A stretch of DNA of 63,176 bases, the filler included, from Halorussus marinus (GTDB lineage: Archaea > Halobacteriota > Halobacteria > Halobacteriales > Haladaptataceae), in the NCBI RefSeq assembly GCF_004765795.1. It is 4 parts of 4 records of this genome, joined end to end, with 100 filler letters (N's around TTAATTAATTAA, not from the genome) between each part and the next. Parts side by side here need not be neighbours in the genome. Positions count along the whole stretch, not along the records: positions 1 to 27,602 come from NZ_SBIV01000015.1; positions 27,703 to 49,205 come from NZ_SBIV01000016.1; 2 more parts are not named here. One strand, 5' to 3'. This document shows positions 18,871 through 28,571 of the stretch, in pieces. Below the pieces are notes generated by a model. The model saw nothing but the letters and a program-made list of their open reading frames with translations, searched no databases and had not been told where the DNA came from. How positions within the stretch are numbered: position 1 is the stretch's first letter; the number at the start of each line of letters is the position of its first letter. The translations under genes and the position numbers were made by a program.

Positions 18871-19245
18871 ATGTTCCATGAGACGGTTCTGATATTCGGC
18901 GTCTACCTACTCGCGTGTGGTGTAGCGTGGATCCTCCATGAGTCCGCACACTACGCCGTCCACAGGCTCTATGCGGAATCAGTCTCGTTCGGTGTCAATC
19001 GACGTGGCCCATACGTTGACGCCGTTTACGCCCCGTCTGCTCCGACGGTCGCTATCCGACTCGGTTCGATCGCGCCGACTCTCCTCTATACCCCTATTGT
19101 CGTACTCGGAATTGGAGCCTATCTCTCGTCGAATCCGGTTCCACAGTTGGATCCAGTCGGGTGGTCGCTTGTCGCCGTTCCTCTCGTGATTTTGACTTTT
19201 CCGACTGGTGCTGATATCCAAGCGTGTCTCAACGCCTCAGAATAG
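18871..19245 (+). CDS. Small membrane protein with HExxH (putative zincin/site-2-like peptidase)
   Basis: LHESAH, IAP and PTGAD motifs within TM segments. Confidence 0.65.
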   Translation: MFHETVLIFGVYLLACGVAWILHESAHYAVHRLYAESVSFGVNRRGPYVDAVYAPSAPTVAIRLGSIAPTLLYTPIVVLGIGAYLSSNPVPQLDPVGWSLVAVPLVILTFPTGADIQACLNASE

Positions 19246-19368
19246 CGTTTCTTAACGTGTATTCGGTCGGCGTCAGACAAACACTTCATTAGTTACATAG
19301 TCAGATTTTAAGAAAGTCATTGGCCGTCAGTATTTAGTAGATAAGACGCAAGTATGTGCAAATGTATC

Positions 19369-19653
19369 ATGGCACAAGCCAGTCCCCGCAGTACCCCCCG
19401 TGAAACTGATACGGACGAGCGGTCCTCCGTGTCAGTTGAAGCGTGGTTGGAGGCGGTCAGTAGAGAACTGGATCCCGCCGAGTGTGAGGACCTCTCCGAA
19501 CTCGGCATCTACTCGATCCACGAACACAGCAGCGCCCGCACGATCACCCTTCCTGAGGATGCGGACGAGTTCGAGGACGCGACGACGGTAAAGCAGTACT
19601 ATTTCGAGGGCGAGGATTGCCCGCTTCTCATCGTTGCTCCGCTGCAGGTCTAA
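19369..19653 (+). CDS. Hypothetical acidic protein
   Basis: Acidic halophilic composition; AT-rich upstream region. Confidence 0.55.
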   Translation: MAQASPRSTPRETDTDERSSVSVEAWLEAVSRELDPAECEDLSELGIYSIHEHSSARTITLPEDADEFEDATTVKQYYFEGEDCPLLIVAPLQV

Positions 19654-19673
19654 GTCGCCCTGTGGGTCGCAGA

Positions 19674-19877
19674 TCAGCAGTCGGTGTCATCTTCTTTGTG
19701 GTCGGAATAGAACTGGATGAGGTACTGGAATCGGCCTGTATCACTCGTGAATGAGTCGAGTTCTTCCTGTAACCACTCGTATTTGTCCTGCGGGATTCGC
19801 ATATTGATTCGGGCCACATCGTCGCTAACATCCGAGTCGGAGTTGCTGGCGCTGGTTGCTGTGTCCGCGTCTGACAT
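19674..19877 (-). CDS. Ribbon-helix-helix-like regulator divergent from the transfer operon
   Basis: ARINMRIPQDKYEWL beta-alpha-alpha pattern. Confidence 0.55.
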   Translation of the reverse strand: MSDADTATSASNSDSDVSDDVARINMRIPQDKYEWLQEELDSFTSDTGRFQYLIQFYSDHKEDDTDC

Positions 19878-19920
19878 TAGTTCGACCCAGGCTATGCGGT
19901 CGCATATATCCCAGTAGAAT

Positions 19921-19950
19921 GAGAACTTCTCTAGAGAACTTGGAGAACTT
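19921..19950. promoter_or_regulatory. Three GAGAACTT direct repeats in the divergent promoter region
   Basis: Copies at 19921, 19934 and 19943; includes the palindrome TTCTCTAGAGAA. Confidence 0.5.
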
Positions 19951-20016
19951 TGAAGATCTACAAATTCATTCAAATTTTCTGACCTCTTTTGGTCGTGCTA
20001 TCCTTTCCCACAAACG

Positions 20017-20439
20017 ATGTGTGCTAAGGTCCCCTCCGGCGAGACGCCGGCCAGTACTGAGGAATCGACGTCCGTCATTCGGATCATCCACAGGTCCATC
20101 GGCCCGATTCTGCTGGCGCTCCTCCCGCTGATCCTGTTCGTGGGGACGGCGGCCGCACAGTCGGATCCGGGGAGCGCATTCTGCGACTCGAACATGGCCG
20201 ACACCATCCAGAACATCTTCACCATCATCCAGTTCGGTGGGCCGCTCATCGGCGGCGTCCTCGCGCTCGGCGCGACGGTGGCGATCCCGTTCACCCGTCG
20301 CTCGGACTGGAAGAAGGAGATGAAATCTGTCCGGAATCAGGGCCTGCTCTGGGGCGTGATCGTCGCCCCCCTCGGGACGGAGATCGTCCAGTTCATCCTG
20401 AACAACATCGTGGTCGGTGGCACGAGTTGTGGATTCTAA
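20017..20439 (+). CDS. VirB2/TrbC-like pilin precursor
   Basis: Signal peptide ending AAAQ, then two hydrophobic helices split by a basic loop; first gene of the VirB4 operon. Confidence 0.65.
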   Translation: MCAKVPSGETPASTEESTSVIRIIHRSIGPILLALLPLILFVGTAAAQSDPGSAFCDSNMADTIQNIFTIIQFGGPLIGGVLALGATVAIPFTRRSDWKKEMKSVRNQGLLWGVIVAPLGTEIVQFILNNIVVGGTSCGF

Positions 20440-22120
20440 CCACGCACCAGGATTCGCACTCGTCATGTCCGCCGTCCTCGTCGCATCGACAGCCGCCGTT
20501 CCAGTGGGCGCCCATCCCCCGAATAGTACTGACCACGGCGTTCCGGAGGAGACCTTTCACAAACTGTGGTCGGGGGATCAAGACGGTGCGACCGACGGTG
20601 CGAATCTGAGTAACGGGTCGGCGGTCGAGCAGCTTGGCGAGGGGACCGATGTCCCGTTCGATTCGCCCCCGCGTGCAGTTGAGCGATGGAACCGTGGCGA
20701 CCACTCGGAGTTCCCGGCGACCAACAGCTCCGTGTCGATCCATCCACCAGATGCGGACCTCACCAGCGACCAGTTCATCAAGGAAGCCTATACTGAGGTG
20801 TTCGCCGTTCAGCCGTCCACCCGAGCGCGCCTCTCGTCGTCTAGACAGCCGCTTTACGTCGCTCCAGACGGGACGCTCCGCGGGACCGTCGATTACCGGG
20901 TGGCGGTGCCGCCTGACGACACCTCCGGCGATCGACGTGTCTACTGGAGTCTGGAGAGCCATCAGGTTGAGGAGACGAGACTCCTCGTCGACGGCGACGA
21001 GGAGACGACGGCTGGTGGTTCCCACACGCCGGCACTGTCGTACTCCTTGGATGGATACGCCGGCGAGGACCACCAGCTCACGCTCCAGGCGAATATCTCG
21101 GTCCGACTTCGGAAGGAGGTCGAAGTTTGTACCGCTCACAACGACGAAGGCGATTGTACCAACTGGGAGAGTTCCGTTTCATACCCGACCGAGACCGTCA
21201 CGGTAACCGATTCCATCGAGGTCACGAAGTATGACCTCGCGGTATCAGGGTTCATCGCGGAGTATCCGAACGGTGATCTCGGCCTCGTCGTTTACAAGAA
21301 CCAGCCGTGGCTCGGCTACCAGTTGCCCAACGGTGATGTCCGAGGTGTCTGGCGGTTCTACTCAGCCCGAGACAAGGACTGGGATACGCTGGTCTACAGC
21401 TCGGACGACGGACAGCGGACCGCCCACTCACCGCTCCATCCACTCCAGGTGAACGCGTACCCCATCGAGACGGGGCCGACGCCGTCGCCCCGCCGGAACG
21501 TGACGATACTGGATGTGTACGGGACGTCGACGTCGCCGCCGACGCTCCCGTCGAACGTTCACCTGGATGTTCTCACGGAGTCGTACACGGCCAGCTACGG
21601 CATCGCGACGCGGGCCACGACCGACGAACAGCCCGAGACTGTCCGTGCGTGGGGGCTCGTCAGAGGGGTTGAGGCAGAACGGCCCGCCGATGAGTTCGCT
21701 CGAATCCAGATCGACGAGAGCAACCTCTCTCTGGAGGTGGTGAACCAGACCGAAGATACGGTCACCGTCCGGGTGACCCTCCAGAACGCGAACACCGGCG
21801 CACCAATCAATACCGACGAACGGGACGGCTACGTCGTCGTCAACGGGCAGCGGGTGAACACGACCGGGAACGGAACCGTCACGACGACGATTGAACGTTC
21901 CCCTGGCGGTGTGTCGGCCCGATACGAACCCGGCCACTGGTGGCTCAATCCTCCCGGCTATACCGGCGACTCGGATACTGTCCTGCTGCAAGGCTCAGTG
22001 CTCCAGTTGGTGTCGACGCTGTTCCGGATCGGCGTTCCCGTCTCGCTGTTCCTCCTTGCAGTGTTCTTCATCGATCGGATTACAGGGTGGCGTATCTGGC
22101 CCCCGTGGAGGTCACTATAA
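20417..22120 (+). CDS. Secreted, C-terminally anchored protein of the transfer operon
   Basis: N-terminal signal, beta-rich acidic body, C-terminal TM; overlaps both neighbours. Confidence 0.8.
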   Translation: MARVVDSNHAPGFALVMSAVLVASTAAVPVGAHPPNSTDHGVPEETFHKLWSGDQDGATDGANLSNGSAVEQLGEGTDVPFDSPPRAVERWNRGDHSEFPATNSSVSIHPPDADLTSDQFIKEAYTEVFAVQPSTRARLSSSRQPLYVAPDGTLRGTVDYRVAVPPDDTSGDRRVYWSLESHQVEETRLLVDGDEETTAGGSHTPALSYSLDGYAGEDHQLTLQANISVRLRKEVEVCTAHNDEGDCTNWESSVSYPTETVTVTDSIEVTKYDLAVSGFIAEYPNGDLGLVVYKNQPWLGYQLPNGDVRGVWRFYSARDKDWDTLVYSSDDGQRTAHSPLHPLQVNAYPIETGPTPSPRRNVTILDVYGTSTSPPTLPSNVHLDVLTESYTASYGIATRATTDEQPETVRAWGLVRGVEAERPADEFARIQIDESNLSLEVVNQTEDTVTVRVTLQNANTGAPINTDERDGYVVVNGQRVNTTGNGTVTTTIERSPGGVSARYEPGHWWLNPPGYTGDSDTVLLQGSVLQLVSTLFRIGVPVSLFLLAVFFIDRITGWRIWPPWRSL

Positions 22121-23022
22121 TGATCAGAGAACATTCAGAATCCCATGACCGGAATTCGGAACGGTGGATTAGTCGACGCCGTCTTTTGGCTTCGTCTGGA
22201 ACAGCCCTGCTTGCAGGAGTAGCAGGGTGTTCCGGAACCGATGGTCCCGGCAACCAGACTGAATCCCCAACAGGTTCGTCCTCTACGTCGCCGTCTACAG
22301 ATTCGGTATTTGAGGAAATCAGCTTCGCGGGACCCAACCTTGTGGTGACGCTGGCTGATGATCACGATGTCGACCAACTCAATCTGATTGGTCCAGATGG
22401 TACTACGTTCGAACAGTCAACCGTTGCACAGGGAGCTACAAGAGTCGAAATACAGATTGTCTTCAAGACTGGTGGGACGTACTCTGCCGGCGAGTACGAG
22501 TTAGTCGCCGTTTCGGGCGAGACATCTGAGTCGATGTCCCTGGAGCTTCGGCCCGATATCCAGATCGTCGATGTCGAACCGGAGTTCGATGAAGATGATG
22601 GCTACAGTAGCGGTCGGCTCTTTGTGACGGTCGAGAACGTCGGTACTGGTCCCTCTTGGGTGTATAATATTGGCTTCCGGAATGCGCCGTATCGGAACGC
22701 ACCTGAGGTAATCGAAGGAGACGGCGTTGCTGATACCACGTTCGAGCGTCCGGAGGCGAGCGAAGAATTCCTCAGCCCCGGTACTGAACGGGAATTCCTG
22801 AAACAACGGGGTGTTCTCGTCATCGATGACAACGACGATGTCTCATGTGAGAGTGATACTGCAGAATTAACCGTTGTTGTTCAGACCCCACACGGAGATA
22901 TTGAGCAACCGATTCGGGCGGAACTGTCCGGTGGATACCACATCGACGATCAAGGCGCAATCCAACACCCGTGTAAAGACGTCCAGATTGAACTACTGGA
23001 CGGGGGTGGAGACAATGCGTAG
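22120..23022 (+). CDS. Tat lipoprotein of the transfer operon
   Basis: SRRRLL twin-Arg and VAGC lipobox, followed by a Ser/Thr linker. Confidence 0.8.
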   Translation: MIREHSESHDRNSERWISRRRLLASSGTALLAGVAGCSGTDGPGNQTESPTGSSSTSPSTDSVFEEISFAGPNLVVTLADDHDVDQLNLIGPDGTTFEQSTVAQGATRVEIQIVFKTGGTYSAGEYELVAVSGETSESMSLELRPDIQIVDVEPEFDEDDGYSSGRLFVTVENVGTGPSWVYNIGFRNAPYRNAPEVIEGDGVADTTFERPEASEEFLSPGTEREFLKQRGVLVIDDNDDVSCESDTAELTVVVQTPHGDIEQPIRAELSGGYHIDDQGAIQHPCKDVQIELLDGGGDNA

Positions 23023-24388
23023 TCCCGTCCGATTCCTAGTTCGCTCTATCTTCGTCTTTTTCGGGCTACTGACTACGGGCACTGCTCCGGTTTTAGCTCA
23101 AAGTGACGGAGGCAGCGATGGAGGTGCTCTTGGAGACATTATCATCAGCGCTATCCAAGAACTCCTTGAGATACTCTTCAGCCCTATAGAGACCGTCATA
23201 GAGAATCACGGTGATGCAGTCTTGCGGACAGTGGTGGGTACTCCCCATCCAGATTCGGTGTTCAATCAGCCGACGAACGCAGCGTGGCCCGGAATTTATG
23301 ACTACTACTGGGAGATGATTATCCCGCTTTCGCTATCGCTGTACGGCCTCTCGATTGGAATCGTCATTTTCCTTGAATCGACGAGCCACTTGTTCAACGG
23401 ATACCATCGCTCGAAGCTCAAGAAACGCGCCTTCGCTGGACTGCTCGGTATCTTGTCGTGGTGGTGGATCTCAGCGCTATCGTTGCGGTTTATGGATGCA
23501 TTGGCTGGGTTCCTCGTCCCCTCGGTGTCAGAAATCTCGCTATTCCAGACGCTGTCGTTCACTGGGATGGGCGTGCTCGGCACGGTCGTCGCTCTCTCAA
23601 CGAATTTGCTCCTATTCGTGTTGATCGGCCTGATTTACCTAGCGAGACAACTGGCACTCTACCTATTTGTGTTCCTGATGCCACTACTCATTGTATTCTG
23701 GATCCCTGGCGTCGGGCCGTTCGCCCTAGTCTCGAAATTCATGAAGAAGTTGGCCGGGTTCTACGTCCCTTTCCTGTTTATGACGGTTCCAGTTGCTCTC
23801 CTGTTCCGTCTCGGGGACATCTTGGGGACGAGCTTCGGCCCCTCAGCCGGTGAGTTCGGGGCTTGGTTGACGGCACTCGTTATCCCGCTTCTCGCCGTTG
23901 CCTCTCCGTTTGTTTTGTTCTGGCAGGCCGGGGCGTTGTTCTTCATCGCCGACAGGGCGGCCAGGCATATGTCTGCTGAGAAGGCCCGTAGTCGGTTGTC
24001 TAGAGGGCGTGAACAAGTCCAATCGGCCAAACAGGGTGGGAGAAACTTCGTTCGAGGAGTGCGCGATGAGCCCGCAGTCAAGAGCGGTGGCCAATACGTC
24101 TTGAACTCTGGTGATTCGAGAGCCCACTCTACCGGCCAACGACTCAATACGACTGGCTCTCGCCTCCGTGAAGCGATCACCGACGGCAGCGGTGGAGGGG
24201 GAGGAAACAGCGGAGGCGGAAACCTCGGCGGCGGAAATGATGATTCTACGGCCGGCTCCACCACCAGCGAGGATAGTAGTGGGAACGACGGAGGCGAGGA
24301 ATTCGATCGAGACGATGCGTTCCGGGACCCCCAGACTCGGAACCGGAATCCAGATTCAGCAGATGACCCGCCACGCTATATCCACTAA
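23015..24388 (+). CDS. VirB6/TrbL-like polytopic membrane protein
   Basis: Signal plus 6-7 TM helices and a Gly-rich low-complexity tail; upstream of virB4. Confidence 0.7.
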   Translation: MRSPVRFLVRSIFVFFGLLTTGTAPVLAQSDGGSDGGALGDIIISAIQELLEILFSPIETVIENHGDAVLRTVVGTPHPDSVFNQPTNAAWPGIYDYYWEMIIPLSLSLYGLSIGIVIFLESTSHLFNGYHRSKLKKRAFAGLLGILSWWWISALSLRFMDALAGFLVPSVSEISLFQTLSFTGMGVLGTVVALSTNLLLFVLIGLIYLARQLALYLFVFLMPLLIVFWIPGVGPFALVSKFMKKLAGFYVPFLFMTVPVALLFRLGDILGTSFGPSAGEFGAWLTALVIPLLAVASPFVLFWQAGALFFIADRAARHMSAEKARSRLSRGREQVQSAKQGGRNFVRGVRDEPAVKSGGQYVLNSGDSRAHSTGQRLNTTGSRLREAITDGSGGGGGNSGGGNLGGGNDDSTAGSTTSEDSSGNDGGEEFDRDDAFRDPQTRNRNPDSADDPPRYIH

Positions 24389-24394
24389 CAACCC

Positions 24395-25408
24395 ATGAGC
24401 TCCGCAACTGACCCCGCGAAACGAATTCCGAAGTCACTCGGTACCGACACCCAGTTCCTCGGGAAGTACTCGCTGACGGACCTCGCCGTCGCCGGTCTTC
24501 CCGGTGTACTGGTAGTCCTGGTGACGCAGGTCGTTATCCCACCGTCACTCACCGTTCGTGGCATTCCGGTGTCCGCCCTCACGATCCCCCTCGCAGCGAT
24601 TGCGATCGCCTTCGGTGGGCTGTTCGTCTACCTCACGCCCGGCTACACCAACAGTCTCGACTGGCTCGGTCTGTTCGTGAACTTCCACCGCAGCGAGACG
24701 GAGATCGCCCACGAGGAGGCGAAGGAGTACACTCACGTCGAGCGCGTCTACCCGCGACAAGACGCCATCGAGCGGACGGACCGGGCTCTTGTCGGAGCCG
24801 TTCAGGTGTCGCCACCGACGATGGCGCTCGCGACCGACGAGGAGTGGGCCCAGAAGGCGGAGGCCTTCCAGGACTTCGTCAATACGACCGTCGAGTTCCC
24901 GATCCAGATTTACTCGACGACGCAGGCGTTCCCCGCCGACGAGTACGTCGGGCGGTACGAAGACCGGTTGAGCGACCCGGACGTCAAATCGAACGAGAAA
25001 CTCCAGGCGCTCATCGAACACTACGTCGACTGGTACGACCGGGAGCTGGCGCAGCGTCAGATGACCATTCGCGACCACTACGTCCTGATTCCGGTACGAC
25101 CTGAGGAGGTCCGATACGAACGGGCCAGCCTCCTCGAAAAGCTCGCTAGGATCCCCGTACTGGGCATCCTCATCCAGATTGTCACGGCGCCGCCGGAGGA
25201 GGAAGAGCGAGCCGCGATGCTCGAGGAACTGGACGAGCGGCGCCGGCGGGTCGAGCGCGGCCTCCGCGGCATCGAGGGGTGTGACACGCGCCCCGTTGAT
25301 GCGGCCGAACTCACCCGCCTCATCGCGGAATACTGGACCGGCACGGAAATCGAGTACGGCGACCCCGAACAGGTGCTTCGAACGTCCCCCGTCATCAACA
25401 AGTCATGA
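24395..25408 (+). CDS. VirB3/PrgI-like membrane protein
   Basis: Two N-terminal TM helices then a soluble domain; overlaps the ATPase start (ATGA). Confidence 0.65.
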   Translation: MSSATDPAKRIPKSLGTDTQFLGKYSLTDLAVAGLPGVLVVLVTQVVIPPSLTVRGIPVSALTIPLAAIAIAFGGLFVYLTPGYTNSLDWLGLFVNFHRSETEIAHEEAKEYTHVERVYPRQDAIERTDRALVGAVQVSPPTMALATDEEWAQKAEAFQDFVNTTVEFPIQIYSTTQAFPADEYVGRYEDRLSDPDVKSNEKLQALIEHYVDWYDRELAQRQMTIRDHYVLIPVRPEEVRYERASLLEKLARIPVLGILIQIVTAPPEEEERAAMLEELDERRRRVERGLRGIEGCDTRPVDAAELTRLIAEYWTGTEIEYGDPEQVLRTSPVINKS

Positions 25409-27489
25409 TTGGAAACCTGCTGCCCTTCACCGGCTCGGATAGTTCAGAAACTGACGACGAGGCGACCGCAGACGAGGCCCCCGACGAAGAGGGGGAAGAT
25501 GCTGAATCACAGTTTACCGTGGACTACGAGGCCGACGGTGAGGCAGTCGACGGCATCCCCGAGATCCATCAGACCGTCGTCTCGCCGTCGAGTATCGAGC
25601 GAACGCCCAGCGCCCTCCGGACTGACACCCAGTGGGCGCAGAGTCTGTGGGTCGGTGAGTATCCCGATGCTCCGATGGATGGCTTCCTCGAAAAACTGTA
25701 CGCGGCCGCCGAGACCCAACAGACAGATGTCAGCATCCACATCGATCCTCGTGATACGCGAGAGACGTTGGATTCGCTGGAGAACAAGATCGAGGACCTC
25801 GAAGCCGACTACGAGTACCTGACCGAGAAGCATCGTGCGAGCGCCCGGGGCGTCGAGAAAGACCTCGAGGACCACCAGGAGATGTACGACGTCCTTCGGA
25901 ACACGACGATGCAGGCGTTCGACGTCTCGATGTATCTCACGGTCAGGGGCAACGATCGCGAGAACATCGACGCCGAGTCGGTGTCGACGACAGCCCGACA
26001 AGCGCCTGCGAATCTGACGCCGGTGACGCCCCGGTGGTCACAGCTGAAGACGTTCACCTCAGCGAGCCCGATCGCCCTGGATCAGTTCAACGAGACGCTC
26101 GACAGCAAGACGCCGATGCTCGGCGGGGCAGTCGGCGCGATGTTCCCCTTCGTTTCCGGTGCGTTTGCGGAACCCGGTATCGAATACGGGACGTACGCGC
26201 TGAATTCGAGTCCACTCATCCTCGACCGATTCAAACGGCAAACCGGCTACTGTATGATGGTTATCGGCCGGCTCGGCGCAGGCAAATCCTTCGCGACGAA
26301 GCTCCGGCTCGTGCGGCGGGCGATGTTCGACGAGGATACGGTCGTCATTATGCTCGACCCGATGCGGGGGTTCGCCGGCGTCAACGAGGCGCTCGATGGC
26401 GAGCGGATCACGGTCGGTGGCCGGCGGGGGCTGAACCCGCTGGAAATCAAACCGACGCCCGACCACGTCCTGCAGGAGGTCGACGACATCGACCCGTGGG
26501 GCGAGCAGATCAACTGGGTGATGACCTTCTTCGCGACGTTCTTCGAGCACGTCGCAGACCATCCACTCGGCGAGCGCAACCAGACGCTCCGGCGGGCCGT
26601 CCAAGAAGCCTACGAGAAGCGCGGGATCACCCGCGATCCAGAGACGCACACCCGGGACTCGCCCACCATCCACGACGTCATCACGGTCCTCGAAGAGATG
26701 GTCGAAGACCCCGAGGAGTACGGCTACGTCACGGATGGGGAGCAGGAAGCCGTCCAGTCCGATGCTCAGTCGCTACTCAAGGACCTCCGACCGTCATTCC
26801 GCGAGGGCGGTGAACTCGAGAATCTGGCTCGCCCCTCCGAGTTCGACCTCGATTCGAAGGTCATCTACCTCGATCTCCACCAGGAGGAGGGGACCCGTGG
26901 CCGGGCGGAGACCAGCCTGATGATGCAGGTGCTGTTCAACAGCGTCTACGAGCGGGTCAAACAGACCGACAAGCGCGTCGTCTTCTGTATCGACGAGGCG
27001 CACTACCTGATGAACGACGCCGTCTCGTTGGACTTCCTGGAGACAGCCGTCCGGCACAGCCGCCACTTCGATCTGAGCCTCGAATTCATCACGCAAACGG
27101 GGGGTGAATTCGCGCTGACGCCGGAGGCACGCACCATCGCGAACCTCTGTTCGTTGACCGTCCTCCACCGCGTCAATGAGGAGAAAGAGAAGATCGCCAA
27201 GTGGTTCGACCTCAGCGAGCGGCAGGTGAACTGGGTTACCTCCGCGAAGGCCGGGGAAGACGAGGACGGCTACTCTGAGGCGCTCGTCGGTATCGACCAG
27301 GAGGGATGGTTCCCACTCCGAATTCGGGCAAGTGACTACGAGGCTCACGTTATCGACGGCGGCGCTGCGGACGTGGCCGAGCTTGAACCCGAGCCGACGA
27401 CGAGCGTGACGAATCCAGATAGCCGACCCGCCGGAACGCGTGCCGACGGCGGTGAACCAACTAGCACTACCACTCAGGGGCTGTGTTGA
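25405..27489 (+). CDS. virB4: VirB4-family type IV secretion ATPase (last codons come from the IS)
   Basis: Walker A GRLGAGKS, LNPLEI, Walker B IDEAH, VRHSRH, ITQ. Confidence 0.9.
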   Translation: MIGNLLPFTGSDSSETDDEATADEAPDEEGEDAESQFTVDYEADGEAVDGIPEIHQTVVSPSSIERTPSALRTDTQWAQSLWVGEYPDAPMDGFLEKLYAAAETQQTDVSIHIDPRDTRETLDSLENKIEDLEADYEYLTEKHRASARGVEKDLEDHQEMYDVLRNTTMQAFDVSMYLTVRGNDRENIDAESVSTTARQAPANLTPVTPRWSQLKTFTSASPIALDQFNETLDSKTPMLGGAVGAMFPFVSGAFAEPGIEYGTYALNSSPLILDRFKRQTGYCMMVIGRLGAGKSFATKLRLVRRAMFDEDTVVIMLDPMRGFAGVNEALDGERITVGGRRGLNPLEIKPTPDHVLQEVDDIDPWGEQINWVMTFFATFFEHVADHPLGERNQTLRRAVQEAYEKRGITRDPETHTRDSPTIHDVITVLEEMVEDPEEYGYVTDGEQEAVQSDAQSLLKDLRPSFREGGELENLARPSEFDLDSKVIYLDLHQEEGTRGRAETSLMMQVLFNSVYERVKQTDKRVVFCIDEAHYLMNDAVSLDFLETAVRHSRHFDLSLEFITQTGGEFALTPEARTIANLCSLTVLHRVNEEKEKIAKWFDLSERQVNWVTSAKAGEDEDGYSEALVGIDQEGWFPLRIRASDYEAHVIDGGAADVAELEPEPTTSVTNPDSRPAGTRADGGEPTSTTTQGLC

Positions 27490-27602
27490 ATCGCTGTAAG
27501 GCGGAGAGATTCACTGTTTGACGAAGCGTTTGATGTTATAGACGACACACATCAGCGCGATCTCGCGGAACTCACGAAACCATGACCGCGCTCGCACGGC
27601 GA
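27479..27602 (-). mobile_element. Right end of an IS5-family element, partial
   Basis: Terminal repeat GGCTGTGTTGAATCGC; minus strand encodes a transposase C-terminus AVRARSWFREFREIALMCVVYNIKRFVKQ*. Confidence 0.85.
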
Positions 27603-27702
27603 NNNNNNNNNNNNNNNNNNNNNNNNNNNNNNNNNNNNNNNNNNNNTTAATTAATTAANNNNNNNNNNNNNNNNNNNNNNNNNNNNNNNNNNNNNNNNNN
27701 NN
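27603..27702. other. Artificial contig linker
   Basis: 100 nt: Ns flanking TTAATTAATTAA (stops in six frames). Confidence 0.98.
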
Positions 27703-27844
27703 ACGCGCGGAGGCCGACATAGCCACCCAGCTGGATGACAAGGTCGTCTCGGTGACTCGCAGCGGCACGGCGAAGTTCCTCGAGTTCTCCGTCTGTCATC
27801 CAGACCTTGTATTCGTCTTCCTTCGCGGTTGCCTCGAGCCTCAT
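27703..27844 (-). CDS. Tyrosine recombinase N-terminus, cut by the contig end
   Basis: MRLEATAKEDEYKVWMTDGELEEL...LGGYVGLRA with the box I GLR. Confidence 0.8.
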
Positions 27845-28037
27845 GTGCACTTCTAAAATAACCTTGCACAAAATACCCGAGGATACAGTGGTGATCACCC
27901 TGGTATTCACCCCGAAAGCAGGGGTTCGCTTCCGACTTCTCGGACAAGTCGGCATAGGTATAGAGCACACTGGCTCAGCTGGATCGTTCTCCTCCGAACA
28001 GCCAGGTTCATAGCTCAGCCATTACAGAGACACACGT

Positions 28038-28526
28038 ATGGCGCAGACTACCTTCGATGAGGATGACCTGTTTGAGGAAGCCACCCAGGAGATGCAAGCC
28101 GAGGTAGACGACGCACTCGCTCGTGCACGCGACGCAGTTCCTGATACCGACACGGTGCTCACGACTGACGAAGACGACCTTGATGCGATTCTGAACGCGC
28201 TGGCCTCGACACTTGATACCGAAGAGATAGAGACAGCACTGGAAGACGCACAGAAAGCGTTCGTACTCGGACAGCGCGCCGACGCCTTCGACGATGAGTA
28301 CATCACCGAGACGCAAACAGCCATCGAGACGCTCACCGAAACAGTTGAAACGCTCCACGACATCGACGCTGCCGCAACAGACCTCACTGAGGCACTGACA
28401 CGGTTCGAAACGATCGACACGATACCACAAGGCGACACCGGGACAGTAGACACCACTCCTCGTGACGACGAATCACCAGCGCAGAGTGACAGCCAGGGTG
28501 CCCTCACAGAGACAACCAGCGAGTGA
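28038..28526 (+). CDS. Acidic helical haloarchaeal protein (DUF5790-like)
   Basis: MAQTTFDEDDLFEEA..EM start, AQKAFVLGQRADAF. Confidence 0.75.
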   Translation: MAQTTFDEDDLFEEATQEMQAEVDDALARARDAVPDTDTVLTTDEDDLDAILNALASTLDTEEIETALEDAQKAFVLGQRADAFDDEYITETQTAIETLTETVETLHDIDAAATDLTEALTRFETIDTIPQGDTGTVDTTPRDDESPAQSDSQGALTETTSE

Positions 28527-28571
28527 CAGACTCTCAAAGAGTCCTTATACGGCGGTGCTGAACAACCGACT

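Noticed and set aside
1..27602. Contig 1 as a small circular plasmid closed through one IS
   Set aside because: The flanks of the two IS ends are not a target duplication, they interrupt different genes, and there is no rep gene in the contig.
27603..27702. TTAATTAATTAA palindrome within Ns (also 49206-49305, 59672-59771)
   Set aside because: Assembly linker; ORFs and gene neighbourhoods crossing it are artefacts.
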